DNA of 64,000 nucleotides from an uncultured Candidatus Saccharibacteria bacterium. GTDB lineage: Bacteria > Patescibacteriota > Minisyncoccia > Phycocordibacterales > Phycocordibacteraceae. Of the stretch, positions 18,033-27,516 are shown piece by piece. The DNA lies in assembly GCA_964507275.1 (NCBI GenBank), contig CAZDPG010000001.1:340577-404576 (forward strand), read 5' to 3'. The translations under genes and the position numbers were made by a program. Every line of letters starts with the position of its first letter. Positions within the stretch are counted from its first letter, which is position 1. The notes below the pieces were generated by a model, which saw only the letters and a list, made by a program, of their open reading frames with translations, was not told where the DNA came from and did not search any database.

Positions 18033-18440
18033 TTATCCGCCGAGCGACTTCACCGTCGCCTGGATGGCCAGCGATATAGCCTTGGCACCCAAGAGGACGA
18101 GCGCACCGATAATCGTCCAGAGGAGCATATTCTTGGCTTCGTTGAGCTTCGTATCGCTTCCCTGTGCTACGACGAACTTGTACCCGACGAATACGAGCAT
18201 CAGGATGATAGCAATAGAGCCGATGCGGATGATGAACTCGAGGATGCTTGTGAGGAACGATTCGAGACTCGTACCCGACTTGAGCGGATTCATGAGCGTG
18301 ACACTCGACCCGGTGTTCTGGCCTCCGGTGAGCTCATAGCCCCCCGTGTTCTGGCCGCCACCAAGAGAGACTGCATGCGCCGCGACCGCCCCGACGGAAA
18401 GCGATGAGAGGAAAACGAGTGCAATGAGTAGTGATTTCAT
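18033..18440 (-). CDS. TrbC/VirB2-like pilin family protein (array copy 1)
   Basis: Signal peptide AHA; L.NPL; GYKFVVAQG...AKNMLLWTIIG. Confidence 0.8.
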   Translation of the reverse strand: MKSLLIALVFLSSLSVGAVAAHAVSLGGGQNTGGYELTGGQNTGSSVTLMNPLKSGTSLESFLTSILEFIIRIGSIAIILMLVFVGYKFVVAQGSDTKLNEAKNMLLWTIIGALVLLGAKAISLAIQATVKSLGG

Positions 18441-18441
18441 A

Positions 18442-19752
18442 TTATTTTTGCAGAAGAGATGAGAGTGAACCCTCGCTGAGCGTGAGCGCCATGCCAGGAT
18501 CGAGACGGCCGCTTATCACACCGGTAATCATACTTGAGAAGATAGGATCCGTAGCGGCAGGCAGTGGGGACAACCATCCCTTGGCATACAGCGCCTCGGC
18601 ATACGCAACGGTGGCAATCGGATCGGCTGGTACGGTCGCCAACTGATTCAGGGTCGCTGGAGCGAGTCCGGTCAAGGTTGCGGCGGAGATCTGGGGAGCC
18701 GAGCCCGTGAGGAACGCAGCCGCCAGGTACGCCCCGGAAGCGTTCTTCGCACCGCGGGGAATCATGAACGAGTAAACGAGCCCATAGGCACTCTTCAAGT
18801 TCGCTGTCGCTGGCTGCGGGAGTGGCGATACGATGAAACTGAGATTCGGGTTTGCCGACCTGAGGAATCGAGCCTCAGAGACGTAGCCGAGATAGAGCGC
18901 GAGATCTCCAGCGAGGAATGCTTGCTGCGAGTTCTGGAGCGATGCATTCCAGGTATAGGAGACCTTCGATGGGTCAGCAAACTGCGTATAGAAGTTGAGA
19001 ACGGCCTGCCCCGGTGTTGCGTTATCGGAAGAAGCTCCGCTTAGATTGGCAGCGAGTTCGCCATTCATATACACAGAGAGCGGAATGCCTGTCTGAAGGA
19101 AGAGCGAGGAGAGGATGCCGCGTGCATTACGAACATTTTCGTAGGTACCAAGTGCGATGAGCCCGCGAGTGACCTGTTTCGTCGGAGTAATCTGGGCGAC
19201 ATGCGGCACGAGACCAGTGAGTGCCTCCCATGTCTCCGGAGGCTTCGCAACGCCACTCGACGCGAGGATAGACTGATTCGAGAACAGCACAAGCGGATCG
19301 ACGAGAAATGGCAGGCCGTAATAGCCCACTCCGTCTGGCGTGGCGAGCATCTTCCCTTCTTCGATAAAAGCGTTGTTGAACGCCGACACCGGGAGCGTCG
19401 AGAATGGTATTGGCACGATGATCTTCGTGAGCGCGTGCAGTTCTTCCTGTGAAGTAAGGACCAGGTCAGGAGCCTCACCGACCGCTATCGCAGCAGCGAG
19501 GTCTGAAGCAACCGTGCTTCGATCCTTCTGCACATAGGAAACATCTTTCATGGACTCCTCCGCCTGCGCGACCGCAATGAGGACGGCCTGCATATCCGCT
19601 TTCGGGAGCGTGCCCCAAATGACGACCGTGCCGATTGCGGTGTTGCCTGCGCGAGAAGCATCACCGGTGTGTGTCGCGAAGACGTAGAGACCAATCATCG
19701 CTCCGAGACCGAAGACACCGAACAAAATTCCTTGGAAGAGAGATATTTTCAT
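18442..19752 (-). CDS. Extracellular solute-binding protein (sugar ABC SBP-like), N-terminally anchored
   Basis: N-terminal TM, VVIWG, APDLV, YGLPF.VD.L.L..N, PPETWE, F..G..A.Y.G. Confidence 0.8.
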   Translation of the reverse strand: MKISLFQGILFGVFGLGAMIGLYVFATHTGDASRAGNTAIGTVVIWGTLPKADMQAVLIAVAQAEESMKDVSYVQKDRSTVASDLAAAIAVGEAPDLVLTSQEELHALTKIIVPIPFSTLPVSAFNNAFIEEGKMLATPDGVGYYGLPFLVDPLVLFSNQSILASSGVAKPPETWEALTGLVPHVAQITPTKQVTRGLIALGTYENVRNARGILSSLFLQTGIPLSVYMNGELAANLSGASSDNATPGQAVLNFYTQFADPSKVSYTWNASLQNSQQAFLAGDLALYLGYVSEARFLRSANPNLSFIVSPLPQPATANLKSAYGLVYSFMIPRGAKNASGAYLAAAFLTGSAPQISAATLTGLAPATLNQLATVPADPIATVAYAEALYAKGWLSPLPAATDPIFSSMITGVISGRLDPGMALTLSEGSLSSLLQK

Positions 19753-19755
19753 AGA

Positions 19756-20292
19756 TTACGGTGCGGTGAATATGATTCCATAATGATGCGGGCCGGCGCG
19801 AAACGATTTCACTTTATGAAAACCGCTCTGGATGAAGAGTTCCTCGGCATCACGCTCGGATACGACTCGTTCCGGAACCGGGCCCATGCCGCCATAGCTC
19901 CCCGCCCAATCGACGACAAGGATCTTGCCTCCTGATTTAATGACTCGCTTCATCTCCGCAATGAGACCAGAGCGGTTTTCAATCTGGAAGAGAGCATTCG
20001 CGAGGATAATCGCATCGAGCGACGCGTCCCGCAGGTGTGTGCCTCCTGCCTTCTCAACATCACCCCAGACCGTCTCGATACTGCTCCGATGCTCTTCGTG
20101 CGTGTTTAGCTTCAGGTGCTTCAGCACGTCTTCCTGCACGTCTACCGCATACACCTTGCCGTCATATCCCACGATAGGCGCGGCAGCCCGGGCGTAATGC
20201 CCCGAGCCGGTGCAGAAATCTCCCACCTTCATGCCTTCGCGCAATCCGAGATGGAGGACGTTCTCTCGTGGTGAACTGAAATGAGCGCTCAT
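19756..20292 (-). CDS. Class I SAM-dependent methyltransferase
   Basis: VGDFCTGSG motif I, VYAVD, KSGGKILVVDW. Confidence 0.85.
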   Translation of the reverse strand: MSAHFSSPRENVLHLGLREGMKVGDFCTGSGHYARAAAPIVGYDGKVYAVDVQEDVLKHLKLNTHEEHRSSIETVWGDVEKAGGTHLRDASLDAIILANALFQIENRSGLIAEMKRVIKSGGKILVVDWAGSYGGMGPVPERVVSERDAEELFIQSGFHKVKSFRAGPHHYGIIFTAP

Positions 20293-20347
20293 GGATGCTT
20301 ATAAAATACCATGCGCGGGCACGAGAAGCGCGCGCAATCAACAGTAC

Positions 20348-20519
20348 AAAAATAAAACGTCGCGAGGAAAACTGGTCGTTGGTATCCCTCTAGGACAACA
20401 ACGTACTTCACCAGTTTTCTGCTCGCGGCAACCTACCGCGTCCGCCGAAGTACTTTATCTAGAATTTCCTTCAGTAAGAGGAAGGGGCGGTCAGTCCCAT
20501 CTCTGGTGGGATAAGGGTA
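20348..20519. ncRNA. Candidate structured RNA of unknown family
   Basis: About 70-nt rod 20359-20429 plus two further hairpins in a 227-bp intergenic gap; see findings. Confidence 0.4.
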
Positions 20520-23015
20520 CTACAGCGCCGCCATCGAGGCAATCGAATCACCCTCGCGCATCTTCATGACACGCACACCCTGCGTCGCGCGAGAGAGGAG
20601 TGATATGGACGCGACCGACGTGCGAATCACCTGACCCTTCTTCGAAACGACGACAATCTCCTCGTCTTCGATACTTCCGGATACGATTTTCGCGCCGATG
20701 ATTTCGCCGGTCTTGGGCGTGACCTCGGCCGTCTTGATGCCTGAACCGCCGCGACCCTGCACCTTGTATTCGCTCATCTTGGTGCGCTTGCCATACCCCT
20801 TGCTCATGATGACGAGGAGAGACGCATCCTTCGCAGAGAGCGCCGGGATAACCTCGGCCGACACGACACGGTCGCCCTTCTTCACGCTCATGCCCTTCAC
20901 GCCGCCGGCGGTACGGCCCATCTCGCGTGCATCTTCGACATCGAAGCGGATTGATTGACCCTTCGAGGTGACGATCGAGACCGTATCACCTTCTGATGAG
21001 TGGTTCGCTGAAACGAGCTTGTCCCCTTTCTTCAGATTGATCGCGATGATCCCTGATCGGCGCACATCAGCGAACGACTTTGCCGCCACACGCTTCACGA
21101 CGCCCTGCTCGGTCACGAAGACGACCGATGATGCCTCGAGCGCTGCGCCCTTCGGCACGGGCAGTATCGAGGTCACTTTCTCCTCGGCCGCGAGCGACAG
21201 GAAGTTCATGATGGACTTCCCCTTGGTCGCGCGACGACCCTCGGGAAGCTCATACATCTTGAGCTGGTATGCCTTGCCGAAATCAGTGAAGAACAAGAGA
21301 TCGCTATGCGCGCTCGTCACGAGGAAATGCGTCACGATGTCTTCCTCCTTCGTCGCGATATCGACGACGCCCACGCCACCGCGCTTCTGACTCTTATACT
21401 CATCGGGGTTCGTGCGCTTCACATAGCCGCCCTGGGTGAGCAGGAGCATTGAGTCCTCGTCCGGCACAAGGTCTTCGACTGAGATGTTCTGCACGCCGCC
21501 CTTCACGATGCGCGTACGCCGGTCGTCGCCGTACTTCTCCATGAGCTCTTCGAGTTCCTTCTTCACCACCGCAAGAATCTTCTTCGGCGAAGAGAGGACG
21601 TCCTTCAACTTCTTGATGAGTGCCTGCACTTCGGAGAGTTCATCTTCGAGCTTCTTGCGCTCGAGGCCGGCGAGCTTGGAGAGGCGCATCTCAAGGATGG
21701 CGGCCGCTTGGAGTACAGAAAAACCAAACTTCTTCTGGAGTGCGGCGCTCGCGCTCGGCACATCAGCAGCTTTCTTGATGATTGCGATGACCTCGTCGAT
21801 GTGGTCGAGCGCTTTGCAGAGACCGAGGAGGATGTGCTCGCGGGCTTCAGCCTGGCGCAGATCGTATTCGGTGCGGCGCTTCACGACTTCTTGGCGATGC
21901 TTGATGAAATGATTGAGCATGCTCTGGAGCGAGAGCATTTCCGGCACGCCATCGACGAGAGCGAGCATGTTGTAGTGGAACGTACTCTCGAGCTCGGTGT
22001 GCTTGTAGAGCGCATTCAGGACTGCCTGCGGATGCGCCGTGCCCTTGAGCTCCACGACGACACGCACATCCGGCATGCCACGTTCATCTCCTGCAGACTC
22101 GTCACGCAGGTCGCGAATACCCTCTATCTTCTTGTCCTGCACCAGCTCGGCGATACGCGTGATAAGGTCGCTCTTGTTCACGCGGTACGGAATCGACGTG
22201 ATGATGATGCGCGTATCCTTCTTCCCGTCGTCGACGATCTCGGCCTCCCCACGCACGATGACCGGACCCTTGCCCGTACCATACGCGTGCTTAATATCGG
22301 ACTGATTGAATGCGACGCCGCCCATCGGAAAATCAGGGCCTTTCACGAATTGGAGGAGGTCTTCAGTCGTCGCGTCGGGATTCTCGATGAGATGGACCGT
22401 CGCCGCCACTACTTCGCGGAGGTTGTGTGGCGGGATGTTCGTCGCCATACCCACAGCGATGCCGAGCGTGCCGTTCAGAAGCAGGTTCGGGAGCGCTGCC
22501 GGGAGCACGTTCGGCTCTTCGCGCGTCGCATCATAGTTTGGGTTCCACTTGACCGTCTCTTTCTCGAGATCGGCAAGAAGCGCATCGGCGACACGCGACA
22601 TCTTCGCTTCGGTGTAACGCATCGCCGCCGGACTATCGCCGTCGATCGAGCCAAAGTTACCCTGGCCGAGCACGAGCGGATAACGATGGGAGAATGGCTG
22701 TGCCATCTTCGCCATCGAATCGTAGACCGCGACATCACCATGCGGGTGATACTTACCCAGCACTTCGCCGACCACAGTCGCACTCTTGCGGAACTTCGCG
22801 CCCGGTACGAGCCCCATGTCTTTCATCGCATAGAGGATGCGACGATGTACCGGCTTCAATCCGTCGCGCACGTCCGGCAGAGCACGCCCCGTGATGACGG
22901 TCATCGCATAGTCGATATACGACTGCCGCATCTCCGAGACGATCGGCTGGTCTATGACGTTTGCCGCTACCGGCAGTACGACATCCTTTTCTTCATCTCC
23001 CTTTCCGCGTGCCAT
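20520..23015 (-). CDS. gyrA: DNA gyrase subunit A
   Basis: [22 protein letters not shown] catalytic Tyr, GyrA-box QKRGGVG. Confidence 0.97.
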   Translation of the reverse strand: MARGKGDEEKDVVLPVAANVIDQPIVSEMRQSYIDYAMTVITGRALPDVRDGLKPVHRRILYAMKDMGLVPGAKFRKSATVVGEVLGKYHPHGDVAVYDSMAKMAQPFSHRYPLVLGQGNFGSIDGDSPAAMRYTEAKMSRVADALLADLEKETVKWNPNYDATREEPNVLPAALPNLLLNGTLGIAVGMATNIPPHNLREVVAATVHLIENPDATTEDLLQFVKGPDFPMGGVAFNQSDIKHAYGTGKGPVIVRGEAEIVDDGKKDTRIIITSIPYRVNKSDLITRIAELVQDKKIEGIRDLRDESAGDERGMPDVRVVVELKGTAHPQAVLNALYKHTELESTFHYNMLALVDGVPEMLSLQSMLNHFIKHRQEVVKRRTEYDLRQAEAREHILLGLCKALDHIDEVIAIIKKAADVPSASAALQKKFGFSVLQAAAILEMRLSKLAGLERKKLEDELSEVQALIKKLKDVLSSPKKILAVVKKELEELMEKYGDDRRTRIVKGGVQNISVEDLVPDEDSMLLLTQGGYVKRTNPDEYKSQKRGGVGVVDIATKEEDIVTHFLVTSAHSDLLFFTDFGKAYQLKMYELPEGRRATKGKSIMNFLSLAAEEKVTSILPVPKGAALEASSVVFVTEQGVVKRVAAKSFADVRRSGIIAINLKKGDKLVSANHSSEGDTVSIVTSKGQSIRFDVEDAREMGRTAGGVKGMSVKKGDRVVSAEVIPALSAKDASLLVIMSKGYGKRTKMSEYKVQGRGGSGIKTAEVTPKTGEIIGAKIVSGSIEDEEIVVVSKKGQVIRTSVASISLLSRATQGVRVMKMREGDSIASMAAL

Positions 23016-23030
23016 GATTGAATATAAAAG

Positions 23031-23381
23031 TTAGAAAGGAAGGATCGTCTGCTCAGACTGCTTCTTAGTCGTTGGCGTGGTATCGATGATCTCGATATGC
23101 GCCGGAGCATCCTGCGAGCTCTCGAAAGCGGAAGCGGCACCGACGCCTGCGAGATTCTGATTGTTTACACCATCATTCTCCACCTGGACCGTGGCTCCTT
23201 GTCCCGTTGCGTCCGCAAATGAACTGCCGCGGAGCGCAAACGTACCAGACGCGTAATTGCCCGCGAGCCATACAAATGCGATGAGCGCGCTCATGAGTGT
23301 CGCTGCACCGAACGCTACCTGCTTGCGGACATGGTGCGGCTTCCCTTTCACGTATTCGATGTGTTCGACGATGTTCTTCAT
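23031..23381 (-). CDS. Hypothetical single-TM protein
   Basis: Fits between co-oriented genes; one TM segment. Confidence 0.65.
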   Translation of the reverse strand: MKNIVEHIEYVKGKPHHVRKQVAFGAATLMSALIAFVWLAGNYASGTFALRGSSFADATGQGATVQVENDGVNNQNLAGVGAASAFESSQDAPAHIEIIDTTPTTKKQSEQTILPF

Positions 23382-23386
23382 GAAAG

Positions 23387-24028
23387 TTACGGAGTTAGTA
23401 CTAGTATACTCCCGTCGCGCCCAGCGAGATCTTTCTTCTTGAGCGTGAGTTTGTCGAGCTTGTCGCTACCGTTCCCAGCATCCTTCAGGAACGTCTCGAG
23501 CGATTTCGGGGTGCCCATACCACTCCAATGCATCGGAATGATGATCTTCGGCTCAAGTGAGACGGCGAGCTCATGTGCTTTGGCGGGAGTGAGGACGCCA
23601 TCACCGCCGACCGGTACGAACAGCACGTCAATCTCATCGATGCTCTCGCGTGCTTCTGCGGAGAGTTCCGTATCGGCAAGCGCACCGAGATGGACAAGGG
23701 TCATATCTTCGAGCTCAACGCTATATATAGTGTTCACCGCCGCTTCCTGACCCTTCGAGAGGCCATACGCGCTCTTGGATAGGAACCCTTGGATGACGAC
23801 GCCCTGGCGCTCGTACTCCCCAGGACCAGTAATGGCAAACGGCTCTTTGTCGCCATACGTCACCTCATCCACGCCGTTCATGTCGGGATGATTGCGCGAG
23901 ACAAGCGCGATATCCGCACCGAACCGGACCGAGGGAAGCGTCGCGCCTTTCGAGATAGGATCGAAGACGATCGTGAGGTCGCCAAGCGTCACTTTGAAAC
24001 ATTGCCCGCCGTGGTGCGTGATGACCAT
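23387..24028 (-). CDS. MBL-fold protein (metal-binding motif degenerate)
   Basis: IT..G..CF, FDP, GPGEYE, HLG, IIIPMH; HxHxDH replaced by RNHPDM. Confidence 0.8.
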   Translation of the reverse strand: MVITHHGGQCFKVTLGDLTIVFDPISKGATLPSVRFGADIALVSRNHPDMNGVDEVTYGDKEPFAITGPGEYERQGVVIQGFLSKSAYGLSKGQEAAVNTIYSVELEDMTLVHLGALADTELSAEARESIDEIDVLFVPVGGDGVLTPAKAHELAVSLEPKIIIPMHWSGMGTPKSLETFLKDAGNGSDKLDKLTLKKKDLAGRDGSILVLTP

Positions 24029-24182
24029 AAAGTACGTGCATTGTAGCACAAAACCTGGCTACGCGACAGCCTTTCATGCACCCCTACCGGTTGCAATGGG
24101 AGGCCTTCCTGTTACAGTTCTGATAGACGTTCTCTCTGAGAATCGAGTGGCGTCTCCCTGAAACTTTTCTGAGGAGAGCACC

Positions 24183-24272
24183 ATGAACAAGCGCATTCCC
24201 GACGGCGACGGCATCACCAATGCGATTGGCGGCGGCGGCAACGCAAAGCTCGATGATCCGACCCAACCCTGA
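24183..24272 (+). CDS. Candidate 29-aa small protein MNKRIPDGDGITNAIGGGGNAKLDDPTQP
   Basis: GAGGAG SD 6 nt before ATG, followed by a terminator at 24300-24330. Confidence 0.45.
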   Translation: MNKRIPDGDGITNAIGGGGNAKLDDPTQP

Positions 24273-24299
24273 CACGCCGGCAGTCATTTCAGTCGAATC

Positions 24300-24330
24300 C
24301 ACGTCCTCCTATGGAGGGCGTGAACTTTTT
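24300..24330 (+). terminator. Intrinsic terminator
   Basis: CACGTCCTCC-tat-GGAGGGCGTG then AACTTTTT. Confidence 0.6.
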
Positions 24331-24440
24331 ATACTCCTGTGCTATAGTCTGCCTATCGCGTGCTGGAGAAGTAGGAAGGCGTTAACCCTGAAAATCGAAA
24401 GGTTTCAGTACCCTTCTCGAAAATCCACACCGCTATATAT

Positions 24441-25562
24441 ATGTCTGAAGAGACGAAAGTGAAGGCAGCACCGCTGCCGACTATCCATCTCGCCGAGGGG
24501 CACCCTATGGCGGGTCTTATTGACGCCATTCCGACGCCTCCGGGTGCCGGTGATCTCGTCGAGGGCACGATTATCGCAATCTCTCGCGGTCGCGTGTACA
24601 TCGAGCTCGCACCGTTCGGTACCGGCCTCATCTACGGTCGCGAGTACTTGAATGCCGCAGACGTCCTGCGCAAGGCGAACCCTGGCGATCTCATAAGTGC
24701 GAAGGTCGTCGACCCAGCGGGGCGCGATGGCTACATCGAGCTCTCGCTCAAAGAAGCGCGCCAGGCAGCTATCTGGGGCGAAGCTGAGACAGCCATCCTC
24801 TCTCAGACACCATACTCACTCATTGTCGAGGAAGCGAACAAGGGCGGACTCATCCTCTCGTGGCAGGGCATCCAGGGATTCCTCCCGGCTTCCCAGCTCA
24901 CGGGCGAGCACTATCCGCGTGTACCGGAGGGCGATAAGGACAAGATCCTCGGTGAACTCATGCGGCTCATCGGTCAATCGCTCTCGGTGCGCATCATCAC
25001 GGCCGATGCGAAGGAGGGTAAGCTCATCTTCTCGGAGCGTATGGGCAATGAGTCTGAAGAGAAAGCCTCGCTCATCGACAAGTACCAGGTCGGCGACGCC
25101 GTCGAAGGCGAAGTCACGGGTATCGTCGACTTCGGTGTCTTCGTGAAGCTCGAATCAGGCCTCGAAGGTCTCGTGCACATCAGCGAGCTCGATTGGGGCC
25201 TCGTCGAGGATCCACACACCCTCTTCAATGTGGGTGATAAGGTCCGCGTGAAGGTCATCGAGATCAAAGACGGCAAAGTCTCGCTCTCGATCAAGGCGCT
25301 CAAGGAGAATCCGTGGCACACAGCAAGCGAGCGCTACACCAAGGGAATGGAGGTGCCGGGCGTCATCATCAAGTACAACAAGCACGGTGCACTCGCGTCC
25401 ATCGAGGAAGGCGTCGCCGGGCTCGTCCATGTGAGCGAGTTCACCTCGCCGCAGGAACTGCGCGAGAAGCTCGAGCTTGGGAAGACGTACCCATTCGCCA
25501 TCTCGCTCTTCGAACCGAAGGACCAGCGCATGACGCTCACCTTCGTCGACAAGAAGAAGTAA
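24441..25562 (+). CDS. rpsA: 30S ribosomal protein S1 (four S1 domains)
   Basis: GFLPASQL, FGVFV....EGLVHISEL, SLSIKAL.ENPW. Confidence 0.9.
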   Translation: MSEETKVKAAPLPTIHLAEGHPMAGLIDAIPTPPGAGDLVEGTIIAISRGRVYIELAPFGTGLIYGREYLNAADVLRKANPGDLISAKVVDPAGRDGYIELSLKEARQAAIWGEAETAILSQTPYSLIVEEANKGGLILSWQGIQGFLPASQLTGEHYPRVPEGDKDKILGELMRLIGQSLSVRIITADAKEGKLIFSERMGNESEEKASLIDKYQVGDAVEGEVTGIVDFGVFVKLESGLEGLVHISELDWGLVEDPHTLFNVGDKVRVKVIEIKDGKVSLSIKALKENPWHTASERYTKGMEVPGVIIKYNKHGALASIEEGVAGLVHVSEFTSPQELREKLELGKTYPFAISLFEPKDQRMTLTFVDKKK

Positions 25563-25581
25563 TCACGTCTTGTACAAGCGA

Positions 25582-25613
25582 AGCAAAACCCCCGCCGACG
25601 CGGGGGTTTTGCT
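25582..25613 (+). terminator. Intrinsic terminator
   Basis: AGCAAAACCCCCGC-cgac-GCGGGGGTTTTGCT. Confidence 0.75.
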
Positions 25614-25624
25614 ATACTCTCCCG

Positions 25625-26218
25625 ATGAAGCAAGTTGTCGTCATACATGGTGGACATATATTCGAGTCTCAAGAAGAATACCTTTCCCACCTCCAGAATT
25701 ATAAGATCGGGAGTCTTGAGTATTTTAAGAGAACAGGATGGAAGCCATCCCTCGTGAAGGAGCTCGGAGAAGGTTATGAAGTCATCCTCCCGAGCATGCC
25801 GTGCAAAGAGAACGCGAAATACCCTGAATGGAAAATCTGGTTCGAAAAGATGATTCCCTTCCTTGAAGACAACGTAATTCTTGTTGGCCATTCGCTCGGT
25901 GGGAAATTCCTAGCAAGGTATTTAGCCGAAGAGACTTTCTCCAGAAAGATTCTCGCGGTGATACTCATCGCGTCTCCTTTTGATCGCAGTTCCCGCAAGC
26001 ACACTGATTTCTTCTTACCTGACTCGCTTGCGATGTTTGAACGGCAAGGAGGCAACATAATTCTCTTCCATAGCAAAGACGATCCTGTCGTGAACTTCTC
26101 TGAACTCGCAAAATATCAAGAACTGCTTCCAGACGCGACAGTGCGCATCTTCGACGACCGCCAGCACTTCAATCAAGCGGGGTTCCCCGAGCTTGTTGCC
26201 GAAATTAAGAGCCTTTAG
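25625..26218 (+). CDS. Alpha/beta hydrolase (RBBP9/YdeN-like)
   Basis: IHGG, GHSLGG nucleophile elbow, HSKDDPVV, QHF; start MKQVV. Confidence 0.88.
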   Translation: MKQVVVIHGGHIFESQEEYLSHLQNYKIGSLEYFKRTGWKPSLVKELGEGYEVILPSMPCKENAKYPEWKIWFEKMIPFLEDNVILVGHSLGGKFLARYLAEETFSRKILAVILIASPFDRSSRKHTDFFLPDSLAMFERQGGNIILFHSKDDPVVNFSELAKYQELLPDATVRIFDDRQHFNQAGFPELVAEIKSL

Positions 26219-26811
26219 CGCGTATTCGCAAATAGCATCGCCGCCTCGATATCCTCTGTCGCGAAGATGCGTGCTGCTTCGACAACCTTCTTTAGGACCT
26301 TCTTCACGAGCACTTCTTCAGTTGGCTTCCATTTCCCTATCACCATTTTAATAACCTTCTCCTCACCCACGACCTTCTTCGCCTGATTCTTCTTCCCTGC
26401 GGCACTAATGCCGATGCGGATGCGCGCGAACTCTTTCGTCTTGGTCGCGCGCATGATGCTCTCAACACCTTTGTGTCCGCCACTACCGCGCCCGAAGACC
26501 ATTTTCACTGTACCGAGCGGAAGATCGAGATCATCGTGGATGACGAGGAGATTCTTCGCCGCTTTCGGTGTCTTCACGAACGCCGCAACGGCCTTCCCGG
26601 AGAGATTCATCATCGTCTCGGGCAGGACGAGTGTTGCTTTCTCGCTTCCCACTACACCTTTCGCGACGAGCGCATTGCTTGCCTTGTTAAAAACGAACGC
26701 ATCGAAGTCCTCTTGTTTCGCGAGAATCTCGACAGCACTTCTTCCCGCGTTGTGTCGCGTCTTTTCGTATTCTTTCCCTGGGTTTCCGAGACCTACAATG
26801 ACGAGTGCCAT
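26215..26811 (-). CDS. pth: Peptidyl-tRNA hydrolase
   Basis: IVGLGNPG..Y..TRHNAG, MNLSG, HDDLD, GGHKG. Confidence 0.95.
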   Translation of the reverse strand: MALVIVGLGNPGKEYEKTRHNAGRSAVEILAKQEDFDAFVFNKASNALVAKGVVGSEKATLVLPETMMNLSGKAVAAFVKTPKAAKNLLVIHDDLDLPLGTVKMVFGRGSGGHKGVESIMRATKTKEFARIRIGISAAGKKNQAKKVVGEEKVIKMVIGKWKPTEEVLVKKVLKKVVEAARIFATEDIEAAMLFANTR

Positions 26812-26940
26812 GCGCTCGATAGTACCATATCCGCCTATCGCTCCATCGGCAGAGATAGTTTCCGCGCTTCTGAGCGCTCCAGAATTACTTCGCGCGCTCC
26901 CAAAACTTGCATGCCAGAAACAGACGCGTACAATACGCGC

Positions 26941-27516
26941 ATGCAAGACATTGGAAAGGGTCTCTTGAAGGATCTTTTCACCCTCGCACTTCTCATTGTC
27001 GTCGTGGTCATCCCGATCCGGATGTTCATCGTGTCGCCTTTCGTCGTCGACGGAGCATCGATGCATCCGACGTTCGAGAACCTCGACTACCTCATCATCG
27101 ACGAGATTGTGTATGCCTTTTCTTCACCAGCGCGTGGCGATGTCGTCGTCTTCCGCTACCCCGGCAACCCATCTATCTTCTACATCAAGAGGATCATTGG
27201 GCTTCCGGGAGAGACGGTTTCGATAAATCGCGGAAGTGTCACTATATCGAGCGCAAGCGGTGAGGACATCGCGCTCACCGAGCCGTACATCGTGAATGAG
27301 GACGCGACCTACACGAAAAGTATTTCGCTGAATGACGGCGAATACTTCGTCATGGGCGACAATCGTCCTAACAGCTCCGACAGTCGCGTCTGGGGCGTAC
27401 TGCCGCGCGAGAACATCATCGGACGCGTCGATTTGCGTCTTCTGCCGATTCGGGAAAGTGAATTCTTCCCCGGCAGAGCGACCTATGCAAGCGCGACCAC
27501 CTCAGTAGCCCTATGA
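26941..27516 (+). CDS. lepB: Signal peptidase I
   Basis: GASMHPT, YIKRIIGLPG, GDNR.NS.DSR. Confidence 0.94.
   Translation: MQDIGKGLLKDLFTLALLIVVVVIPIRMFIVSPFVVDGASMHPTFENLDYLIIDEIVYAFSSPARGDVVVFRYPGNPSIFYIKRIIGLPGETVSINRGSVTISSASGEDIALTEPYIVNEDATYTKSISLNDGEYFVMGDNRPNSSDSRVWGVLPRENIIGRVDLRLLPIRESEFFPGRATYASATTSVAL

Noticed and set aside
20348-20519. 6S RNA, SRP RNA or tmRNA identity for the structured element
   Set aside because: The ends do not pair into a single 6S-like rod, and no SRP domain IV motif or tRNA-like ends are present; left as unknown
20730-20765. Second GyrA-box-like motif QGRGGSG
   Set aside because: A repeat-derived motif of the beta-pinwheel blades, already known in GyrA proteins
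21708-23021. Long antisense ORFs opposite gyrA (also 53643-54881, 27702-28928, 5134-6081 and many shorter ones)
   Set aside because: They mirror well-supported genes, carry no recognisable motifs and are expected from GC-rich codon bias
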